Source: Vulcanimicrobiota bacterium (GTDB taxonomy: Bacteria; Vulcanimicrobiota; Vulcanimicrobiia; Vulcanimicrobiales; Vulcanimicrobiaceae). From it: 64,000 nt of DNA. Both the position numbers and the translations under genes were made by a program. The notes under the pieces are model-generated. The model searched no databases. It had not been told where the DNA came from and saw only the letters and a program-made list of their open reading frames with translations. Shown here in pieces: positions 59,507 through 64,000 of this stretch (position 1 is its first letter; each line of letters opens with the position of its first letter). Location: contig CAVRQT010000003.1 of NCBI GenBank assembly GCA_963723515.1, positions 896,001-960,000 of the forward strand. Direction: 5' to 3'.

Positions 59507-62168
59507 TCATTTTGCCGCCGGTCCTTGGATCACGCGCACGAAATCGTTCGGCCGAACCCACTTTGCCAGCGCGTCCCGCAACATCTGAGGCGTCATCTCG
59601 AGTTGACGCTGCGCATCGATGAGGTTCTGATCGAGCGGCAGACCAAGCCCAGCATAAGCGAGCATCAGGTCGGCCACGCCGTCATAACTTTCGGCGCGCA
59701 ACGGTTGCTGCGAGACCAGCATCGCCTTGCCGAAGAGGATGTCGTTTGGCGGCATCGGCGAGCGCTGCGCGGCCACGATATCCGCCATCGCCAGGCCTTG
59801 GGCCGCATTTACTTTGTTCGGATCCGATGCAAAGTTCAGATCGAAGGTGGAGCGCGTCTTATCTGCAGCAAGCGCTGCGCCGACGCCGTACACGTAGCCA
59901 TGGCGATCGCGCAGATCGTGAAAGAGAATCGAATTACCGCCCGGATCCGAGGACCGCCGTCGCCAGCCGCAACGGTGCCCAATCCGGATCGAGCCGCGTT
60001 AATCGCAATGTTTCCGACAGTTTGACCGAAGACTGCACGCGCCCGGTTGCGGGAACGGTAACGTCCGCCGGCTTGTTGTCCGGCACGGGTGGCGGCTCGA
60101 TGTTCGGCTTGGCTCCGCTCGCGTGCCATCCGCCGAAATATTTCTGCACTAAGGCCTGCGCTTGCATCGGCGTCGTATCGCCGATAACGACGATCGTCGT
60201 TAGATCCGGGCGATAGACCGTGGCGTAATATTGCTGCACATCGGCGAGCGTGACGGACTGTGCGCGTCTGCAGCCGTTGCAAACCGTCGTGCCGGATCGC
60301 CGACAGGATACAGCGCATTTGCCATTGCTACCTCGGCAAGATGCGCGGGAGAGTTTTCTTCGCCGCGTAGCGCATCGACGGTTTGCGTTTTCACCGTCGC
60401 GAAATCGCCTTGGGGGAAAGCCGGATGCAGCTCTTCATCTGCCAGCAGTTGCAGCCCACGATCGAAGCGATCGCTCAAGACCCGTAGCGAAAAACTCGTG
60501 CCCGCGTCCGCATCAGCGGCGATGTTATCGAGTTCCCTGCGGAACGCAAGCCGGCTATACGTCGTCGTACCGTAGGACAAGAGCGGATCGGTGATGTCGG
60601 CCAGCCCGTCCTTACCAGCGGGCGTTTGTATGCCGGGGTTGTTCTGGATTTCGCCGCGCACGACGACCGTCGGTGTGATGCGTTCCGGAATGACGATCAA
60701 ACGCAAGCCGTTCGCCAGCGTCGTGTCCGTCGGGTGGATCGTTTCCGCCGGTACGCGCAATTGCTTGAGCAACGAAAGCGCCCACGACGGCAGCGGATCG
60801 TGGTGCGTCACGGTGATTTTGTTGCTCTCCGGCGCTTCACGTGTCGCGGCGTTCGGGTTGATCTTGCCGAGGTTCTTCGGGACGGCATATACCGCGACGG
60901 AATGCGCGTCATCCACATACTTGCGTAACACGCGATTGACATCAGCGACCGTAACGCGCTTGAGAGCGCCGAGGAACTGATCGGGATCGGTGCGACCCTC
61001 AACGGCGACGGCCTGACTCCACTCAAAGGCAAGGCCCTCAATCGAGTTGCCTTTGAACTCGGCATCGGCTATGGCTCGCGTCTTAACGGCCTCAACTAAA
61101 TTTGCCGGCACACCATCGCTCTTATATTTTGCAAGCACCGCGCGCAGGTCAGCATCGGCTTGCGCGGCCGGTTTACTCACGGGCACAGCGCTGATCACAA
61201 ATGCTGTTGAAGCATGCGGAAAATCGCGAGAGTCTATTCCCGTATAGAGCGCTTTGCCGCTAATCACGAGACCATAGAGCTCGCTGCGCTGGTTGTTAAG
61301 AACCGATTGCAAGATCTGCGATGCTGCATAGTCCGGATCGCGAAAGCCAGGGAAGCGATATCCGATCAAGACAACTGACACCGGCTGATCGCTGTCCTCG
61401 TGGTAAACGGCGCGCTTCATGGGACGCAGCACGACGGGCTTCCGCGCCGGCAGCTGGCGCCGCTGGAATTGCGCCAAAGTATTTCTTCACTTCCGCAATC
61501 GCGGTGCTGCCGTCAATATCACCGGTAATGACCAAGACCGCATTGTTCGGGTGGTACCAGGCATCATAGAACGCGCGCAGCTGCGGTGCATTGATCTTCC
61601 GCGTGAACCCCGCAACCGATCCAAGAACGTCATTTGCGTACGGCGTGCCGGCAAGCAACGCCACTGTGGCCCTGCGAAACGCACGATAAACCGCGATGCT
61701 GTTGTCCTGTGTCACTTCATTGAGGATGGCGCCGCGTTCGATATTCCACGACCTTTGGCTCAATGTGAGAGCCCGAGCGCGTGATGCCTCGAGGCGCAAT
61801 GCGATGTCAAGATATTGCGACGGCATAGAAAAGAAGAATTGCGTAACTTCATTTTGCGTATCGGCATCGTTGTTGCCGCCGGTGATCGCGGAGATGTCTG
61901 AGAGCTGCGATTCGCTGATCGTCTTGCTGCCGCGGAACATCATGTGCTCGGTCGCATGCGCCAAGCCGTCGATCGGCTGATCGTCGCCGCCGGCTTTGTA
62001 GTTCATGATCGTCGTGACGACCGGCGCCAGTGCGTCGCGAACGACGATCACTCTAAGCCCGTTCGGCAGGGTTGCTCGCGTGACGGGTAACGAATCCGCC
62101 CTCGCAACACTCGCTCCGAGCGCGAGGATTGCGATAAATGCAATCGTCATTACTCTTATGGTGCTCAT
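59507..62168 (-). CDS. Secreted two-module M16 zinc protease (PqqL-like; frameshifts near 61450, 60255, 59945)
   Basis: Signal peptide, LPNGL, HATEHMMFRG, WYHPNNA, second L.NGL module, LFHDLRDRHGYVYG. Confidence 0.85.
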
Positions 62169-62213
62169 TGGTTGCGGCGATTTCTCATCATCGTGACGCG
62201 GCGCCTTTTCTTC

Positions 62214-64000
62214 TTACGATGACGCGAGCATCGCGCGCGATGTCGGCTGCTCCTGAAGCAACCCCGCTAGGCCGCGATGTTCAGCATCTTCAAGGGCCGG
62301 ATCGCGTTTCACGATCTCTTCCGCACACCGCTTTGCCCGGCGATAAATATCGATGTCGCGCACGAGATCGGCAACCTTGAAGTTGACCAAGCCGGATTGC
62401 GCGGTACCCGCAAATTGGCCCGGTCCGCGCTGGCGCAGATCTTCTTCTGCGATCTCAAAGCCATCGGAAGACTGCGTCAGAAAGCTGAGCCGTTCAACTT
62501 CACCGGCTTCGTCAGGCGCGATCAGCAGGCAATACGACTTCGCCGCGCCGCGTCCGACGCGGCCGCGAAGCTGATGAAGTTGCGCTAGACCGTACCGATG
62601 TGCATCCAGCACCACCATGACGGTCGCATTTTGAACGTCGACGCCGACTTCGACGACCGTCGTTGAAACGAGCACGTCGACGTCGCCACTTACAAAGCGG
62701 CCCATCACCTCATCTTTTTCGCGCGGCGTTAGGCGCCCATGGAGTAAACCGACACGCAACTCGGAGAACTCGTGCTTTTTCAGCCGCTCGTATTCCGCCG
62801 TGACGCTGGTCGTGCCGGTCTCCGACTCTTCAATCGCCGGGGCAACGACATACGCTTGCGCGCCGCGTTGCACGTTGAGCCGCACAAACTCATATGCCTT
62901 CGATAGCCGGCTACGGCGCAAAGTAAACGTTTCAATCGGCGTACGTCCTGGGGGAAGCTCATCGAGCACCGACAAGTCGAGATCGGCGTAGACCGACTGT
63001 GCCAGGGTGCGCGGAATCGGCGTCGCGGTCATGTGCAACGTGTGGGGCCATAGCCCTTTGGCGCGCAGCTTCGCTCGCTGCTCGACGCCGAAGCGGTGCT
63101 GCTCGTCGATAATGACAAGACCGAGTTGCGCAAAATCAACCCCTTCGGTTAAGAGCGCGTGCGTTCCAATGGCCAGCCGCGCTTCAGCACTCGCTAATTT
63201 GCGTTTCGCCTCCTCGCGCGCACGGCCGGTCTGACTGCCGAAGATCGCTTCTACGGTGATGCCCAACGGCAAAAGTAGCGGCGCCAGCTTTCCGGCATGT
63301 TGTGCCGCCAAGATTTCCGTGGGCGCCATCAGGGCGGATTGCACGCCGTTGCGCGCGGCCATCAAAATCGCGGCCGCAGCCACGAGCGTCTTACCACTCC
63401 CCACATCACCTTGCAGCAGCCGATTCATCGGGGCATCCCGCGCCCATGTCGCGCCAGATTTCCTCGATGGCGCGTCGTTGCGCGGCGGTCAGCGCGAACG
63501 GTAGATGGCTTTCAAACTCGGACAACAGATCGGCGGGTTGTTTGAGCGCGGGTGCGCGTTCGGCCGTTTCGCGCTCGACGCGCTTAATTTGCGCTGCTAA
63601 TGCGAGCGCCAGAAATTCGGTAAAGATAAACCGCTCGCGCGCGAAATTCGCGGCTTCCGGTGTTTGGGGGCCGTGAATGTCCTGGTACGCTTTGGCGGCC
63701 GGCGGAAAATGAAACGCGCGGGCGAGCTTCTTCGGCAACGGATCGTCCGATAGAGCCACGAGCCGCTCGACGTTGCGGCTGATGACTTGTCGGATTTTGC
63801 GCGAGGTCAATCTCTTGCTGGCTGGGTACACCGGCACAATTTCGCCGCGATAACGCTCATCATCGTCGAGCGTGCGGTGCAGAGCGACGTTCATCCCCGT
63901 GACGCCGCGCATTTTGCTAACGCGGCCCCGTACGAAGATGCGCTGACCCTTGCGAAGCGCGCCGATTAAGTAGGCGCGCCCAAACCACGTCGCGACGAAT
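62214..64000 (-). CDS. recG: ATP-dependent DNA helicase RecG, 5' part outside the window (frameshift near 63440)
   Basis: RLLQGDVGSGKT, DEQHRFG, MTATPIPRTL, QLHQLRGRVGRG. Confidence 0.96.

Noticed and set aside
58706..60025. Long antisense ORFs (e.g. 58706..60025, 25060..26037, 8566..9276)
   Set aside because: Shadow frames of well-supported genes in GC-rich DNA, with no recognisable motifs.
1..64000. Many frameshifted genes (leuC, luxE, luxC, Gfo, GT-C, anti-sigma, moaA, moaE, rsmD, DUF885, M16, recG) read as pseudogenes or programmed frameshifts
   Set aside because: Single-base shifts are scattered through conserved genes, several in homopolymers, with motifs intact and no obvious in-frame nonsense decay. 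Long-read assembly error is the simpler explanation. It cannot be proven without reads.

Overview
Chromosomal, GC-rich bacterial window with about 70 CDS and no rRNA, tRNA, CRISPR, phage or transposase gene. Firmicute-like synteny (rpsB-tsf-pyrH-frr-uppS-cdsA-dxr-rseP-ispG; recG...rsmD-coaD-ylbL; Amj flippase) together with a TonB-C domain suggests a diderm Terrabacterium, possibly Ca. Eremiobacterota (inference only). Many otherwise conserved genes carry single-base frameshifts, best explained as long-read assembly indels. Most notable: (1) a luxAB-less luxE-luxC-class III aminotransferase-oxidoreductase operon divergent from a type-2 leuC/hacA, a candidate acid-to-aldehyde-to-amine pathway; (2) three diverged copies of a 117-167 nt stem-loop element with a conserved core, compensatory changes and strand-specific G-U pairing; (3) a REP-like family (TGTCACCCTGAGCTTGTCGAAGGG) with a ~24-nt derivative that is nested inside its own copies and sits in-frame in a HAD hydrolase gene; (4) an ECF sigma plus zinc anti-sigma-TonB fusion followed by a photolyase-fold protein lacking the CPD-repair residues; (5) a csrA gene missed by the ORF track. 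All family assignments come from motif recognition by eye, with no database search.
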